A DNA stretch of 64,000 nucleotides, from positions 64,001 through 128,000 of the forward strand of contig CAWKNZ010000005.1 in NCBI GenBank assembly GCA_963851265.1, in the 5' to 3' direction. Below are positions 61,554 to 64,000 of the stretch, piece after piece. Made by a program: the position numbers and the translations under genes. Source of the DNA: an uncultured Gemmatimonadales bacterium (GTDB lineage Bacteria; Gemmatimonadota; Gemmatimonadetes; Gemmatimonadales; Gemmatimonadaceae). Below the pieces are notes generated by a model. It was not told the DNA's origin and searched no databases. It saw only the letters and a program-made list of their open reading frames with translations. Numbering within the stretch: the stretch's first letter is position 1; the number at the start of each line of letters is the position of its first letter.

Positions 61554-62474
61554 TCAGGCGGAGGCCACGTCGGCCGCCCCGCCCGTCGAGATGCGGTCGC
61601 CGTACAGGTGCCCCGCCCTCGACCGCGTCGCCCCCGTGCCCTGCATCAGCTCCGCCGCCAGCTCCCCGCCGGCGAGCAGCACGAGGGAGGACAGGTACAT
61701 CCACGTCAGCAGGACGATGGCTCCGCCGATCGTGCCGTACGTCTTGTTGTAGTCGCCGAACCGCTGCACGTAGATGCGGAACGCGAGCGTGACCAGCAGC
61801 CAGAGCGCCATCGTCACCACCGACGCGACCGCGACGTGGACGTTCCGCTGCTTCGCGTCGGGGAGGACCTTGAAGAGCACGAATGCCGTGGCCGCGACGA
61901 TCACCCCCGCGATGGGGAACTGCGCGAGGTTCCAGAGCGTGCGGGCCGTGCTGCCGAGCCCGACGTGGTTGCCCACCCAGTCGACCACGTTGGGCCCGAA
62001 GAGGAGCACCGCGGTGGCGAGGATGAAGAGGAGCCCGACGCCTAACAGGCACGCCAGCGCGATCAGCTTGCGCTTCCAGTAGGGGCGCGAGTCGTCGGTA
62101 TGGTGGTTGTAGACCATGTTGAGCGCGGCCATGAGCCCGCTGAACACGTTGGACCCCGACCAGAGCGCGAGCAGCGCGCCCACCGACACGACCCCGGGCG
62201 CGCTGGGCGAGAACACCACGTCCTTCACGACGTTCTGCAGCAGGGCGAAGGCGTCGCCGGGCACCGCGCGCGCCAGCTGGTTGAGCAGGAAGGTGAACGT
62301 CTTCTGTTTGTCGCCGATCAGCGCGAGCAGCGGGGCGAGAAACAGGAAGATCGGAAAGAGCGAGAAGAAGAAGTAGTACGCCGTCTGCGCGGCGAGGTCG
62401 ATCACGTCGTCGGCAATGATCTGGGCCCCGACCTTCTTCAGCAGCGGTCCGAGGCGGTAACCTTTGATTTCCAT
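61554..62474 (-). CDS. YihY/BrkB family inner membrane protein
   Basis: AAQTAYY-FSLFP, ALW-S, ALN-Y, Y-TYG-IG-I-LL-W-Y. Confidence 0.9.
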   Translation of the reverse strand: MEIKGYRLGPLLKKVGAQIIADDVIDLAAQTAYYFFFSLFPIFLFLAPLLALIGDKQKTFTFLLNQLARAVPGDAFALLQNVVKDVVFSPSAPGVVSVGALLALWSGSNVFSGLMAALNMVYNHHTDDSRPYWKRKLIALACLLGVGLLFILATAVLLFGPNVVDWVGNHVGLGSTARTLWNLAQFPIAGVIVAATAFVLFKVLPDAKQRNVHVAVASVVTMALWLLVTLAFRIYVQRFGDYNKTYGTIGGAIVLLTWMYLSSLVLLAGGELAAELMQGTGATRSRAGHLYGDRISTGGAADVASA

Positions 62475-62634
62475 GCGCCGTGGCTCCGGGAACGCCGGTC
62501 AACGCGCGGTGCACGCGCCCGGCCCGTGCGGGGATTGCGATGGAGCGCCCCCGCGCACAACCCGGGCAAGCGACAGGCCAGCGACCGCGTCTCGCGCGCC
62601 GCCGCTGGCCCGCCCGACGCGTTCGTACTCGCCC

Positions 62635-63645
62635 CTACTCGGGGCGCGCCCCGGGCACGGCCGCGCTCGGTCGCGCGGCGACGAGGGTCGCGATCGGCGT
62701 CGGGGTCTGCCACACGGGGATCACGCCGCGCTCGGTCACGAGCGTGTCGGCGGCCCCGGTCGACCGTCGGCGGCCGGTGTGGGTGCCGGCGCGCGTGAGG
62801 AGCGCGGCGCCGAAGCCGGCGCTGAGGCCGATCCAGGTTACGGCGACCGCGAGCGTACGCGCGACGAGGGTCGCGCCCGGCACGCTCCCCAGCGCACCCG
62901 CGACCATCCAGAGCGCGAGGAACACGCCGAGCCCGAGCAGGATCGGCGCGGGCGACCGCGTGGGGAGCGCGCCGTCCCGGCCGGTGCGCGCCATGAGCGC
63001 GCGTCCCAGCACGGTGGCGGCGGCGAGGAACCCGAGCACGGCGAGCCCGGCCGCCGCGGCGATGTAGATCACGACGGCGAGCGGCACGACCACGATGCCG
63101 ACGAGCGTCGCGGCGAGCGCCGCGACGAGCACCACGAGCGCCGGCGCGACGAGCAGCTGGCCGGCGACGCCCACGGCGAGCGCGCGCGCCGGGTGCTGCT
63201 CGACCAGCTCACGCACCGCGCGCAGTTGTCGGTCGGCGCGCGTCGCCACCGCAGCCCCGAGCGCGGCGAGCAACAGGAACCAGCCGAGCGGCATGCCGAG
63301 CGTGGTGGCGAGTGTGGGCGGGGCAACCGCGCCGGGACTCGTTCCCTCGAACAGGCCGCGCGGCGCGGCCACGTCGGCGCGCGTGGCATGGCCGAACAGG
63401 CTCGCCGCGTTGCCCTCGACGCGCGCACCCGGGTGAACGACCACGTCGCCGAAGACCGTGAGCACGTCGCCGTGGACCGTGCCGTACACGTCGACCGGTC
63501 CGCGGACGAGGATCACGCTCCCCGGCTGCGCCGCCCCCGCCGGCACCACGAGCCCGCCGGACGGCGCCGACGCGGAGACCGGCGGTGCGGCGGACGGTCC
63601 GACGGTCGGGGACGACGGGTCGGCCTGGCGCACGCCGCCCCTCAC
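62635..63645 (-). CDS. Membrane protein with short bactofilin-like beta-helix N-domain
   Basis: GPVDVYGTVHGDVLTVFGDVVVHPGARVEGNA followed by several TM helices; GTGA overlap with upstream stop. Confidence 0.7.
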   Translation of the reverse strand: MRGGVRQADPSSPTVGPSAAPPVSASAPSGGLVVPAGAAQPGSVILVRGPVDVYGTVHGDVLTVFGDVVVHPGARVEGNAASLFGHATRADVAAPRGLFEGTSPGAVAPPTLATTLGMPLGWFLLLAALGAAVATRADRQLRAVRELVEQHPARALAVGVAGQLLVAPALVVLVAALAATLVGIVVVPLAVVIYIAAAAGLAVLGFLAAATVLGRALMARTGRDGALPTRSPAPILLGLGVFLALWMVAGALGSVPGATLVARTLAVAVTWIGLSAGFGAALLTRAGTHTGRRRSTGAADTLVTERGVIPVWQTPTPIATLVAARPSAAVPGARPE

Positions 63646-64000
63646 GCCTCGAACGGCGGCTGGTCCGACGACGCGACGCGCCGGCTGGCCGCCGCCGCCG
63701 CGCGCAGCCCCGTGCCCGCGAGGGCGAGCGCGGCGACGAGCATGGCGAGCGCGAGCGCGAGCGTCGTACCCGACGTGGCCGGCGCGCCGGCGAGCTCGGC
63801 GACCAGCCCGCGCGCCCCGTCCCAGAGAGCCGCCCGCAGGTCGGCCGCCGCCGCGTCGGTGGTGAAGGCGAGCAGGTCGGCGTGCGCCAGCACCCAAACC
63901 GTCACCGTCGTCAGCAGCGCCCCCATCGCGACGGCACCGCTCGCCGCGAGCACGCGCAGCGGCGTCGACGCCGGGACGAGGCGGCGCGCCGTGTCGGCGA
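63642..64000 (-). CDS. Hypothetical membrane protein, 5' end outside window
   Basis: Open frame with two hydrophobic helices ending at TGA 63642. Confidence 0.55.
   Translation of the reverse strand, partial: ADTARRLVPASTPLRVLAASGAVAMGALLTTVTVWVLAHADLLAFTTDAAAADLRAALWDGARGLVAELAGAPATSGTTLALALAMLVAALALAGTGLRAAAAASRRVASSDQPPFEA

Overview
Very GC-rich (roughly 72-75% by eye) bacterial chromosomal segment. The gene repertoire and Ser/Thr kinase style suggest a Gemmatimonadota (Gemmatirosa-like) organism; this is inference only. About 50 CDS, mostly housekeeping: gnd-zwf-pgl, oligopeptidase B, cstA, an IDH-family enzyme, acyl-CoA dehydrogenase/etfBA/FadF-like oxidoreductase, queD-dacB-moeA, gpmI, guaB, nrnA, mrp, MATE and DUF62. 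Accessory genes are interleaved: GGDEF-EAL, clan GH-A hydrolase, a DUF3142 pair, PQQ-cytochrome c dehydrogenase, GH130, ankyrin, TolB-like, tandem M15 peptidases and two kinases. I saw no rRNA, tRNA, CRISPR, transposase or integrase. The most striking unexplained signal is the non-palindromic heptamer GCCTAAC/GTTAGGC. I counted 28 exact copies by hand, against about 5-6 expected from base composition. It accounts for nearly all CTAA/TTAG tetramers, coincides with rare codons (TTA, CCT, AGG, CTA) in several reading frames of core genes, and also sits just after stop codons. This points to a selected chromosome-wide DNA motif of unknown function. Other points: two probable single-base frameshifts that detach signal peptides (dacB, first M15 peptidase), a cysteine-free Mrp/ApbC, cstA separated from its YbdD partner, and several 13-15 bp tandem repeats.
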